From contig CM120641.1 of NCBI GenBank assembly GCA_051362555.1, positions 11,532,001-11,596,000 on the forward strand: a stretch of 64,000 nucleotides of DNA, written 5' to 3'. Source of the DNA: Lingula anatina (taxonomy: Eukaryota > Animalia > Brachiopoda). Of the stretch, positions 49,776-62,950 are shown one piece after another. Every line of letters starts with the position of its first letter. Positions within the stretch are counted from its first letter, which is position 1. Position numbers and translations under genes: made by a program. The notes beneath the pieces are model-generated. The model saw nothing but the letters and a program-made list of their open reading frames with translations. It searched no databases and was not told where the DNA came from.

Positions 49776-51785
49776 AATAGGAACTGTTTGTCTGTAGAAC
49801 AACCGCATTTCGGTGTGTGTGGGAAGTGGTTTCCAATTGTTTCATTGTTTCAAGCGGTTTTCTCTACAAGGTTCTTGGAAGGGTCACGGAACCCTCTAAA
49901 GTAATTAAAGCATTGTTTTATTGCAGGTCCTAAACATGCTGCGGCGATTATGAAGCCAAAGCTTCCTCTATTTTTTGGCGAGTAAAAGCTGCGAGCAATT
50001 ACTAGCAGTAGATATATATAGTGATCCCAGGCGTTTGATGTAATTATCGTCGACTTGCACAAACAGCGCTGAGTGATTAGAATAATACCCGCACTTTGAT
50101 GGTTTATTTTGTCTTATAGCGAAGAGTCCCACTTTGTACTATCCGCCAAAATACACAGCATTGTTCCACGACGGTTGGGGATACACACGGAGTCGGGGCG
50201 AGATGCGCGTGCCATAAACATAACAAACCACTGCAGAAATAATTCCAAACAATCTTTAAAAGGAACCAAATCATATGGCAGTTTTTAGTAAGCAACTATT
50301 CAGACTCAAACTTAGTTTTGTCCCTCATAATTACTTCAGGACTTATGTAGCTCAGAGGTCTGCCCTTACATGAAACTCAAAGAGCTGAACGCTCAGAGGT
50401 CTCCACGGCTGACATTCACAAGGCGTCAAGTGAAATCAGATGATAGAACTGTTTTTATACCTATTCTTTCTAATATCCAGTTTGCTGTTCTTTGAGAAAG
50501 ATTTTTTTCTTTTTAAGTGAGTTTTTTTAGTTATAGAAAGACAAGCAGGCAATGTTAGCAGCTCGTGTGGTGAAGTTTTTACCATGTCCAAGGTAAATTG
50601 ACGATGTTTTTCTCACCCAGAGTCGACATTCATTTGACACGTACCTTACGTTTCCACTACGCCCGGTATGCATGATACACAGTTTGGAATGACGTAGTTC
50701 TTATTAAGGCGACAATTTGCTAATTTTTTCCTGACAGTTTGGAGCGAAAAAGCGCTGTTTATTGGGTGGGATAGTTCAATGTCTCTTTGACGTACGTTTA
50801 AATGCCACTAGGGCTTTTCGTACTCACACAGACTGAGAAGCATAATTTCACATATCATTGTTTACTACAAGGCATTGTTTTAATAGAAATAAGTAGGCAG
50901 GAGACTTACAAAAAATGAGGAGAAGTACAGTTCAGAGGCCTTGCTCTCTATTGCATTTTCCCAGAGTTCAGGAGTACTTTTCTACGTTGTAGTCGGTCAC
51001 ACGGGTTTGATCGAGTTTCCTAAGTTGAAATGATGTCACCGTCATGATGGTCGCCAAGTGCTTACATACTTGGATGAAAAAAAGTTTAATTTAGTAATTC
51101 AGACGATCTTAATTCTTCTTGCGCTGTTTATCAATAACACTGTTCAGAGATAGATCCTGAATAACATTGCTCGTGATTGGCATATTGAAGTGCGTATTAA
51201 GCAATAAGCGACTGAAGAGAGAAGTAAGTGCCGGAGTAAACACTTGATTGTTGCAATCTGGCAATGAAACGAATAAGAAACACGAACATGCTGAATTCAT
51301 TCCCATTCTCGTGGTCTGTAAAAACGTAAATGCAGAGCAGGGTCTTTGAATTATTTGAATTAATATTTAGTAGACTAAAAGTTTTATAAACAGGAAGAAG
51401 GGCAGTTTTAAAGCAAATCTACTTGAGTTGTAGGATCCTTCAAGTAAGAGGGAGCAGGCCTAATGCAATAAACTAAATTAACACTTAATAGTTCGAATCT
51501 CATATATTTTAGCGAGAAGCTTTGTGTGCAGTCACGTCTAAAATTACATATTTACAGGAAAAAAACGTTTCTATCAAAAACAGAAATATTCACATACTTA
51601 CAAAAAATAACCTCGCTCAACTTGGCACCAGGCATCTTAAGATTTTAATCCTTAAAAGGGAAATATTATAACAGGTAATTAAATAGATGCAGTCTATTAT
51701 ACAGTACATAATAACTTATAGCTTCATTTTTTTATACTATGTACACTATTCACAATAATCACAGTGTTTGGGCTTGCACAAAATG

Positions 51786-52604
51786 TTAGGAGTCTTTGCA
51801 ACCACAGGAGCATGCGGTAATGACTGGGTACTGAATTGGAATCCATTGACAAGTCCTCCCTCCCTGACAATGCCACCGTAGTAGCGTCAGATACTTGGAG
51901 CCGGAGGGTTTACATGTCATCCCCTCAGGTATAGAACACGAGCGTCCGTTATAACACCGCCCCTCTCTTAGCCAGCGTGGCCAAAATCGAACCCCTAGAT
52001 CCTTCCAGACGTAATTCACTGGGCAGTACGTGTAGGCCCACAGTAAACGCTGGAGTTTTTTGCTTAATCTATGTCCAATTTTTGTTTTAATATTAGGTCC
52101 CTCTGGAAGATGCAGAACACTAAAATCCATATTTCTAATAGAATGTGGCATCTTTCCCGTGGGCCGGCGGTTGTTTTTAAAGTCATATTCCAGCGTTCCA
52201 TTTGGTGAATAAATGCTTTCATACGGCTGTCTTGTAGACATATACAGCGGCTCGTACTTATCCCCTAAAAGTTTCAGTAACGTTTCTTTGTCGAAATCCT
52301 GAAAGCTTGGATCCAGGGAAGTGTCTTCGGACTCTAATAAGGGAGGTACAGGCAGTTTATCCGAGGGTTCAGGTTTGAGACCCACGAGCCAAGAGTCAGG
52401 AATGCGCGCGCCCCGATTGCCGTCGTCATCTCCGTCACCACCCCCATCGCTATTGCTCCGGAGTTTTTTGAATAATGTGGACTGTAGCAAGTCCACGGGT
52501 GTGGCGTCCACCACAGGTAAACGTGAGAGCAAGAGGACCCCACAGCCTATCCACAGCAGTTCTCGTAGTCCCCACATGATTCTAGGGGAAACCTCTGAAA
52601 TCAT
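51786..52604 (-). CDS. NOG: Noggin, secreted BMP antagonist (intronless)
   Basis: Signal peptide, clip region LKPEPSDKLPVPPLLE..LDP, basic segment KTKIGHRLSKKLQR, and cystine knot YCPVNYVWKDLGVRFWPRWLREGRC..RSCSIPEGMTCKP..LLRWHC..CQWIPIQYPVITACSCGC (9 Cys). The ORF-track start at 52628 is TTG, so the real start is the ATG at 52604 or 52577. Confidence 0.97.
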   Translation of the reverse strand: MISEVSPRIMWGLRELLWIGCGVLLLSRLPVVDATPVDLLQSTLFKKLRSNSDGGGDGDDDGNRGARIPDSWLVGLKPEPSDKLPVPPLLESEDTSLDPSFQDFDKETLLKLLGDKYEPLYMSTRQPYESIYSPNGTLEYDFKNNRRPTGKMPHSIRNMDFSVLHLPEGPNIKTKIGHRLSKKLQRLLWAYTYCPVNYVWKDLGVRFWPRWLREGRCYNGRSCSIPEGMTCKPSGSKYLTLLRWHCQGGRTCQWIPIQYPVITACSCGCKDS

Positions 52605-52959
52605 ATCATATATGACATTAATCCGCAATTACGACTGACGATTACATGTGCTTAGTCGACCTAAACAAGACATAATGTGATTGCGTCAAAGCAAATTAAT
52701 ACTTACATGAAAACACAATCGACACATCATTATTGTATTAATGACGTCCGCATATCGCGCAACCTACCTGTTTTCTCAATTATGTCGTCCCACTTAATAG
52801 AGGTGTGTGCGTTTTCTGGGATTAATCCAGTATTCCTGATTAAGCTGAATCGTGAATGAATGTAAATCCTCTGGCAGGCTGTGAGTGTTGAAGTGTGCGG
52901 TCTGCATGCGTGAAGTAGCAGATCCCTTAGCCGCAACCATGTGTGCCTTCACAACTCCA

Positions 52960-53400
52960 CCGCACGTCAGGGCTGATCACTTTCTGACGTGGAAAACTTA
53001 ATCAGCGCAGTACGTCAGCCTCCAACGCTGTGCTTTTCTGAACCGAGCTCTAAGGGTAGGAGGAATATATACCTTGGCGTGTCACTCTAAAGCTGAGTGA
53101 ACAAAATGTAGCCGCGACGCCAGGTCTAGACGAGCTACGCTGGTGGCGCTACGTTCTCATTTGCTCAAACCTCATGGAAATTTGTTAAGGCGCGGGCTTC
53201 TCATTAATCTGTGTGCATTGAAAATATAATGCCTTCAGTGAACACAGAGATAAAAGTCACGGGTGTGTAGAGCTGTCTTTTTTTGTTCCGTTTTTAATGA
53301 GGCGTGTCGATTGGCTTTCAATTTGCTATTTAATAGGTATCAATCCCGGAGGAGCCAATGACTACGAGGCACAAGGCCTACGTTTATTTTCATTGGCTGG
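52960..53400 (-). promoter_or_regulatory. Probable noggin promoter
   Basis: TATATA at 53066-53071, palindromic Smad element GTCTAGAC at 53124-53131 next to GCCGCGACGCC and TGGCGC, CCAAT/ATTGG boxes at ~53310, ~53355 and ~53392, and TGACGT/ACGTCA half-CRE sites at ~52964-53017. Confidence 0.55.
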
Positions 53401-56400
53401 ACACTCTAGTAATACTTGAACTCCCCAGTTTTAACGTAAGGAACAGGAGATGGATTGAACTAAGGCGGCAGGAGCATTAGCTGATAATTCTGCCTTTTGA
53501 TCAAAGTTTACTGGAGTCAGCGCTAGCGTAAACAGTCAGGAATTAACCCGACATATCGAAACGCAGCAAAGATAGCAATACAAAATGTGTTGCCGTCGAA
53601 GTAAACGTTGTTTTAACTTGTTATGTATTAATTTTCCTTTAGTGCAGCATGTAAGTATTTTCTTAAGGACGTAATCTCGACACACCGTTGTTTGAATTAC
53701 ATTGTGCAGCAATCTGTAAGCTATTGATCACAACTCTGCCCTTTACCATACGTGGGCGTGATCTCCTGTTATGTTCTCTTCATAGCCTACCCCCGTGACC
53801 GAGTCCTTTCCCACACTGTTGCTATTGGAATCACGGGAGACAGGTGAAAGCTGTGTAAAACACCAGATAATTCAAGAGGGTTTAGGGCCCCTCTTCCACC
53901 TAACTCCCTTCCCTCTTATGAACAAAGCAATTACTCGGGCACGAAAGTGCTAACAGTGTCGGCTTCTTGGCTCAAATATTTTATACAATTTCGCAAACAA
54001 GCTAATCTCAATACGAAGTCGCCCAAATCCACTACGCCTTTCTCAATCGGCGCAGGCCTTGTTTGCCAACGTCGATTTCAAGTTGATGCACTGGAAAAAA
54101 CTCTTCTCCCAGAGAAAAAGATTGATTTAGATAAAAAAAAAATTACCTTGGGTTAATAAATTTCTGTGTTACAAATTTATTTGGAGTGTTTTTTGAGGAG
54201 GAAGGAGCGCTTCAGTGCGGCACGCAGCTCCTACTTTCATTCACGAGTCCAGTGGCACTTCAAAAGAGTAATATTTTGCTCTGTTTTCAAAGAAGTAATT
54301 AAAGATAAATTTACCGTTCTCGCATCTTTAGGAAGCTATAACCATAATGGATGTCTGAGTCATAAATAAATGTTCAATGGTTGTTCGGTTGTTGTACTTC
54401 AAAAGTAAAACGATACAAGGCCATGTTGTTATCCTAGTGTTGTTGACCGGCGGGAGGGGGGCTGCCCATCGACCAGAAATCCTCTGTCGCCGCTTCAGCC
54501 GCAATAAGAATTGATGAAGAAGAAAAGCACAAAAGCCGGAGACGGGATTTAATGGACACCAATAGGAATTAAGGCTTGTGAATAGTTACGAATCAATTGT
54601 CCGAAAAATTTAAGCTCCCACAATCCTTGTGATTAAGCTACGCGGGTTCACCGAGTTTGATCGTGAAGTTGCCCTCAGTTCTTCAATGAAGTCTAGCTGA
54701 TAGCACAGCGGCGGGGGAGACATTCATCTAACGCGTTGCTTCATAACAAATGTGGCACTACCAATTTCTACCGCATGTAACCAATATACGTTGCTCACCT
54801 GTCAGCGAAGGTGCGTGCTCTTTGAGTATATTGCAACCTGCTGAAAAGACAATGCGAAAAAAAGACCCGCTTTTTTTCAAAAGTTGCAACTTAATACGCG
54901 CTATTAATCAGTATCAATCTCTCGTCGGTTGCGCTCCGCACGTGGACGCCAAACGCGAAAAAGACACTACCACTGAAAATGAAAGATTGGTTTAGAGACT
55001 AAATGCTTTATGCTTGACGCCGTTTTAAAGAGATGTCAAGAAGTAAATCTCTAAATTATAGAAACGAGTCTCCAACAATTGTAAATGTTGTTTTATTTGC
55101 CGCCGCCACGTCAATGAGCCTGGAGTGACAGTCAAACTATGTGGAGTAGCTGTCATTACACTGAGCGTTGTAGTCGGGGGAGTACGAGTGGCATTATGGA
55201 AATGACTTTGGATAGTTTTTGGAGACCAAACAAATGACCTACGGCGCTAGTTGGGAGGTCAAAGATGCAACAGTTATACTGCACGGGGTGAAAGAAATAA
55301 GCATATAAAATAACGACAAATTTAAGAGCCATCTAATATAAAATCCAGGCAGCGTCGTGTTAGTTGTAGCTCAATTTGCTCAGTGAAGTGATTGGACAAA
55401 TAAACTTTATGATAAGATAGTCATGTTGGAATCTCTTAATTATATGATGAGTGCGAGTCACTGCAAACATAAACAGTGTAAATGTCTGTGGATGACTGTG
55501 ACAGCACGGTCGTAAAATTACCCTCTTCATTCGTAAGTTGGCAACACTACGTGTGTTGCAGTAAATCTGTAATCCGCAAGTTGTTGGCCCACGAAGTATC
55601 AGGCAGGGCCAAAATGTCAAAATGACAGAATGACCGGTATAAAGTGACCGGTCCGGGTTAATTGTTGTTTGCTTTGCTTATGCATACTGAGATGGGCCTA
55701 ACCGCAATTTGTAGCCAATTTAGGATCAAAGCTGTCGATTGAGTCGTCTGGCAGCGTCCCGCGTTGCCCGAGGTGCGATATGGAATGTTGAAACCATGAA
55801 CTAACGGCACATCTTTGCCGCGTGCCTCGCAGTGCTGCGCTGTGCATTCTCCGGTGCTTAGGGAAGGCCGGTTTAGAATGCGACAAAGGTTGCATAAACT
55901 TAAGAAACTACAGAGGAGAGATTGGCATCGTTTCCCCTATTTTTCCCCATGGATGGAGAAACACAATATTACGATTGTTAGACTAATTAACAATTCGCTG
56001 TGCAGCGTTTTTTGCACTTGAATTTGACCGTCACCTGTCTTCTTAAGCCATCAATCAAGATAAGCAAGGTGTTTTCCTCGGGTGACATGACCTTTACTCC
56101 CCTCCAAAAAACACGTTTACCTTTCATCTGTCATGTCTCCCCTTAGCAAAAATGCTTTCTGTCGACCTCGACTCAAATATTTCTTATAAAATGTAGGATT
56201 ATTCAAATTTCTGGGACCATCCTTCAGCCTCGCGCGTCAGTGTCAGTTTGCAATGCCCACAAGGCGCGTCAATAATGTCCGAAATGTAGAACAGTCACAG
56301 AAAATACCACAGTATTTAAAATTTGTGGTAAATATTGAACTTGAAGGAAGTACTGATTGCAGAGACAAGGATGTTTTATATAGCTAGTGCCAATATTTTA

Positions 56401-59400
56401 TATATAACATCAATACTCAAGTGATAAAGATATACACCTGAATTGTGCTCAAGTGAAGACCAAGGTGCGAATAAGGACGAAATCGTTTCCTTTTTTTCTG
56501 CGCCTCCCCTTTAACAACGATAATGGTCCATTGCTGTTATGATAAACACGTCTGTAGATTGTGGCCCGGGGTTTTCTATACATAAATCGACAAATGGTGC
56601 AAAAAATAATAAAATAGAGTCAAATATTTTAAGAGGTCCCAGACAGCAGTATCAAAGCACGCAGGGTGCGTCTACTTAAGACACTAGGTGTATTGTACTG
56701 ATGTTACACGGGCCTCTGAAGACAGCAAAGCCGCTATAGACCAGGCTAATATCTAACAGGTCCGCAGTGATTGTGATGGTGAAACGGTGAATGTGTAGTT
56801 ATCTAGATAACTTAAAAATATAGGATTTCATTTATTGATACATCCACCTATTTAGGCCAACATATTCATATTCCCTTTCTGTTTCTATGTCTTTATCGGG
56901 TCTGGCTCAGTATTAATGCCAGGTGCAGAAAAAATACATATATGTATGAAGATAACATGTTCTTCTATTTAAAAGCATTGGTGAGAGGGGAGGTTTTGAA
57001 TCCGATCAGATAGAATTCAATTAGCCGCCGTAATATAAGAGAAAAGTAAACAAAATAGCCAAGCAGGCACTGTTAGCGGTATCAGAGGTACAGGCGGAAG
57101 GCTGCCACTGGAAAATGCAGTTGCCTGGAAAGTGACGCATTTTCCCGAGTACACGCTCTCACCAGGAACTAGAAGCCTTCCTTCGGTTGGTCTGTAGATA
57201 ACTTTTGTCTACACGCACGCCTTATCTGTTTACCCTTTTTGAAAGAAATATACGAATACTGCACCCACTCCCCGCGTCATATAGATGCGTTAAGGTGAAG
57301 AGGAATAAAAGAACGTTTTCTTTTTCCCATAGCAACTTAAATACACGCAACACATTAAATACTAACCAAGCGGAGCATGAAAATCGGTTCCTATTTTCCC
57401 CTCAGCCCGAGTGCTTCTCGGTTGTTTCCAGCTAATCTGGTTGATTGTTTTAAACATGGCTTAATAAAGTCTTTAAGTGCTAATAAAAACTCGCTTTATT
57501 TTGACACAAAAAATCCCGCTTTGAAAGCTGATATTGACATTGTTTCCCGGGACCTACCCTACCTTTATGTTTACTGGATTTTTAGGGAAACTTGATTTTA
57601 TTTGATGAATGTAATTTGATCTATGTAATGAAGCGTGCGGGTTTTCATTGAAACGTGAACCATGAAACACGTTCTTCTCTCGGGGCGATCATACTTTGAT
57701 ATATTTAAACTATTTGATTTTCTCCAACAAGTTCAACAAGATGGAGATGCGTTCAGTTGACACAGGCTTACTTTGCGTTTACCAATTTTCGATTGAGAAA
57801 ACCAACGTAAAAGCTTTAATGCATACTTTTTACGTTTGGTTTAGCGACCATAAATTGATGAATTCATCGAATTACTGAACTACACATACTACTGAAGGAT
57901 CGAGGCTACCTGTCGGCTTATTCTATATAACTAAAACACTTTTTAAACGAGACAAACGTGTGTAATTTTAATCAACTGAAATAAAAGATTATAACTATCA
58001 GGGGTTAACACAACATTTAATAACAAAAAGAACCGGCAGATGAATTCCTCTCTGTTTACATTTTGAGTAGTTTTCGAACCGAATTTTATGATATTCTGCA
58101 AAAATGTGTGCAACAATAATACTTTATTTATGTTAATAGCAAAACCAAGAGGAAAAAAAGAATTTGTTATAGTAACGCAAATAACGGAAGCTGATTGTGA
58201 TTGAAAACCAAACACATTTCCCGTTCTGAAAGCGTCCAACCCCAGTGCGACAGAACTGCGCCAATGACAACGGCTATTGACGGAACACATTGTCCACTAA
58301 TTGGACAGAGTGGACAATAGGGACGCTATGACATGTGATACAGCTAGTTGCAGAAATTCGGACTTTCATTTCCCTTAAAGGGTTTGCTTCATGCCGTCAG
58401 AATGGCCTGAACGGAACATATTCTTCAGAAAACATGCCCAACTAACGATATCTTTATCCAAATACACAAATTAAAAGCTCATTTTGTAAATTTTTGGCTT
58501 TAAAAAACGTCCTATTTGCTCGGCCTGGGAGTTAATGAGCTACGTGGTCACGTGGTCCAATGACGACAATCGAGCCACTGGAGAACAGAGCGTGCTTAGC
58601 TGTCGAACGGAGCTGCATTGTCTACCTGTAAGATGACTTCTCTGGCTTCTGATAAAAGTTTATACTCATTCAAATCTCTTATCCGAGGGGTCTAAATCCT
58701 CGTGAAGCTGTGTAAAACCATTTCCCGTCTAGTCATTTCTTTAACAAGCATTTCATTATGATTATCCCAAGTTGTATAAAACACTGCATTTGAATGAGTT
58801 AAGGGAAATGTTGATTATTGCATATGAGGTCCATGTGACCTTGTGAAATTCAATTTATTTTATTAAACCGCTGACACTCCGTCTTGCATACTTTTATTAA
58901 ACTGAGGTAAACAATGCCCGTTACCTTTACAAGTCCTATCTTAATCATCCATCTACCTGGAACTTCCTTTACCTCTTAATTAGAGGGTTAAATGGCATTC
59001 AATTTGTCTTGCTTGTATCGAACGCACTCTCTATCTAAGCTTTACTCCAGTTATCTCAGGTAAAAATCTACCTGTGCGTTAGTTACAAAGCGCAGCTCCC
59101 GTAGACCTGGGGGTACTAGATAAAATCTGAACACCAGGTTTATCGAGGAGCTAGAGAAAGAAAGGAAGAATTTTTCCTGCACAACTTCATAGGAATGTTA
59201 ACACGGACTTGATTCAGCTTAGACCTCCAAACTAACAGGGTGACATGGGCAATTTTCACAAACAAATCATAAAACTATATTTCAGTTAACCGCCTTTAAA
59301 ATAAATATACCGTTCTGGGTAAATTAAAATAGTTATTAAATCGCAAGAATATTTTTGACTTAAATGATGATTTTATTATTTATGGAAATTAAGCTACTAT

Positions 59401-62400
59401 ATGAGGTACATTTGCTGTGATTACGCTGTCCTTCATGTTTTGCGTAAGTCTACATTTTGCTGTATGTGCTTGTAATCTTTTTAAATATGTGCGTACACTT
59501 TTTGCAGGTCTGGTTACCCCCCTGTTATGTAATGAGAGTATTAATTTGGCAATTAGTTCCTTAGCTTATTTGAATAGAATTGCAGTGTAAAATTTTCAAC
59601 AAGATGTTGGCGAAATAGCCCATTACTCTTTGTAGGTATTTCCCCCGTCAAAGTTTGTCTAAAATTATCTTTCAATCTTTAAATTTACTCTTTCAAAGAC
59701 AGTATAAAGTTACCTGACATATTTTCGTGTAAACTTAATGACAAGCCAAGTGTCTCCAGTTCATTCCGTACTCAATTTTACCCAAGCAAATTATTTCTTG
59801 AGTAGATCTTTATAGCACGTTGTTATAAGCTTACAAATTTGCAAAAAAAAAATTGCGTACTGACGCAGAATTTGCGTTTCAAGTTATAAAATAATCAATC
59901 TTTTAAATTCTTTAATATTTCAGATGAAATAATCTTCAGAAACAAATCCTCAAAGCATAAGCGAATTAGGATAACGAACCATTTTATTATAGCAGTTCCC
60001 ATTTTTTCTTTAATAAAACGCTCTTTTTCCTGTTTTTCCTCAACACGTTTTCTTCCACGGAAGCTTCAAGATACCCTGAGAGCAATTTCTTTTATTAATG
60101 TTCGCGACCGTGTTTGAACTTAATTGTTTAAGTATTGATATTTAATGTCATTTACAAATACCAATAAAATAACCCCATGAAATAAATGAGATATATTGAA
60201 AAATATGAAAGCCCACCAAGACGAGTTTCATACCTGTTATTACCTGGCTTGGGAATTGCAGCGGTGCATATTAACAGGTTTGTTGTAAACGAGCTTTTGG
60301 TCAACTACAATGCATTTAAAATGCATCAGCAATCAGTAAGTTTGCCAACTGATGACAGTTAATCTGAAAGACTACCAGCTCTTGATATGATCTAAACCAC
60401 CTGAGGTGACCATGATCTAGAGCATCGCAACTATTGTCACCGAAGTTAGTAAGTAAGTCACGGAAGACCGTCACAGACAAAGAAAGATTGTCAACGAGAG
60501 CTGCAATTTTGGTGAATCCCACGGCAACACACCGAGGCATAACGAAAATTCCTCAACTCCGTTCAACACAACTTTCCTTAACTTCTCCGTCTGTATGCAC
60601 TTGCAGCTCAGTTGAGTCTCATAGACCTTTATCGTGATTGTCGTCACAGTACCACGTGACCCAGATCTGTTGCTTCATTTTTGCATATTGAGGTGAGGTT
60701 TACTAAAACGCTTTTTTTCTACTAATAGATTGTTTTTATAATTTTTAAATGGCGGGGATCGATTAAAACATACCTCTAGTGTATAGATTGAGTGCTGTAT
60801 CTTCAAAATTCGAGAAATGGATTTTTACATGAACATTGTCCTTTAATAACTGGACGTTTAGTAATTGGAGCTGCGTCCCCTTGGTCTTCAAAATAATCAG
60901 ATCAGTATTAAAGTATTGATGTGTAATCTTAGCCTTACTGGCCAGTGCCAACAAAACGACTTTGTAGCTAACACGAGCGGCTAATACTCCAGCAAAATCT
61001 ATCAAGAGGTTTAGTGGAAAAGGCGCTATATTGTGTGGAACTAATAAACAAACATTGGCCACGTAGTAATAGTTCCGTCAGCGCCTTATCGGCGATTGTA
61101 GGCAATAGCAAACGAGGCGTACTGACTTCTACAATGCCGTATTAAGCCTTAATTATTCTATCAAAACACGGACAGGAGCAGCACTACTCTAGAAACACGA
61201 ACCTTAAGATAATGGCTGGCTCCAAACAGTTTAACTTGAATAAACACCCTTTGTTTTCAAGTAAACAGCCTTTAAAAATACCGAGAAAACAACGTTTAAA
61301 ATCGAAGGTGGAAACCCAAGAAGCAGTTGTCACGGAATGAAATATATTGATTAAGTTCTAAGAGGTGGTTATCATCTACGGCATCTTGGGACCCACCTTC
61401 AAGATGAGTCAATTATTTTCCTTTCATCTTGTCTATTGTGACAAGTGCTGATCACATTGAATAATATTTTTTCTCGAAAGCACTACTAATCAGTTTACTC
61501 AAAGCCCATGGTGCACAATGATGCTTTTCTGGACCTTGTGTTTTTATTGTTTACATCTGTTGATATGCTTGATACGTTCTCACATACTGCTTATCAAATT
61601 CACAAAATTTTCCACGTTCTCGCTTCGATCCGTCCCATGAACCGCAGTGAGTAAACTGTGGCCTGATGGCGCTGGTCGTCTGCTAAGTTATCTCGTCACC
61701 TACCGCGGTGAAGAAAAACTCGTTGGTTAGAGATCTTGTAGCTACGGAGATAATAAATCCAACGAAATGGTCAATGTTCACACTTTTCCATCTGTCTGAT
61801 GTTATCACGTTATGTTGGAGACGGCCCATAACGTCCTCTAAGGTGTTATTTTGGATGCTCTTCCCTGGTTTTCAGACAGTTTCATATGTGATTCGAGAAT
61901 TAAATATTTTACTAGATTCGCAAAATAAAACCCTGTTCCCTGAAATATGACTCACGGTTGATTGTGAAATTTTCCTGGAAAACGGCTGTCTAAAATTTCT
62001 GAACTTCATCAAGGGCAAGAAGTTTGTATTTGTTGCAGGACACCTAGGGCAGTGTGCGTGCAAAATGTGATTGGGGAACCACGGGTCTACTGTAGTCGGG
62101 AGGGACGGCTGGACGTTAAATCACAAGATAAATCCGTGTATACATTTGTACTATCAAACATCGTTTTTTGTTATTTTGTTTTACATTTTTAAAAAGTAAA
62201 ATGGGCGCACCAGTTCACATTAGAGACGTTTCACCAAACCGGTGCAAAATCAACGACAGCGCTTCATCCACGCGTACCTTAAAATAAAATAAAATGGACT
62301 GAGGTGGGAGATTGATGGACTGATGTACTCCGTACAACTCAAACGAGATTGTTTACATGGAAAATGGTAGGGAAATATAAAAAATGGAAAAGGAAGTTGT

Positions 62401-62917
62401 TGCGGCTTGATGAAACAGAAATAGCACTTTGTAGACGGTCTGCCCAGACCTTCTCGACACGTAGTGTTTCAGAAATCTGCCAAATTCATCACCTCACTAG
62501 CCACGACGCCGTCCCTCCGCTTGGAGGGTTGGCTGGCCCTAGCTCGTGTTGTTCACACTAATTCCACGCTAATGGCAATGTTAACTTGTGGACATCAGCA
62601 ATAATGAATATGTTTAGTAATATAATCGATCTCAGAGGAGATAAGCGTGAAAAAATACGTGTCGAACTTAGTGAGATGTTTACCTTGCACCTCCAATTTC
62701 CACCCTCCTAACCCTCTGCTTGCTTTTTCAAGAGTCGTATATCAGCGTCGAGGATAGCAAACGCCGAGCCCACCGTTACGATTGAACCCAACGCGTCGTG
62801 CTGGTGCCATCAATTATAAATTAAAATACAAAGATTAAGCAGAGGTATGACAAGAAAAAATGTAAAGGTTTTAGCAATAAACAAGCAAATTAATGGATAC
62901 ACTCTTTCTCTGATCGT

Positions 62918-62921
<4 letters not shown>

Positions 62922-62950
<29 letters not shown>
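62922..62950. repeat. Poly-T tract
   Basis: About 29 consecutive T. Confidence 0.9.

Noticed and set aside
52321-52638. 105-aa Ser/Pro-rich plus-strand ORF
   Set aside because: Antisense shadow of the noggin CDS with a non-ATG start.
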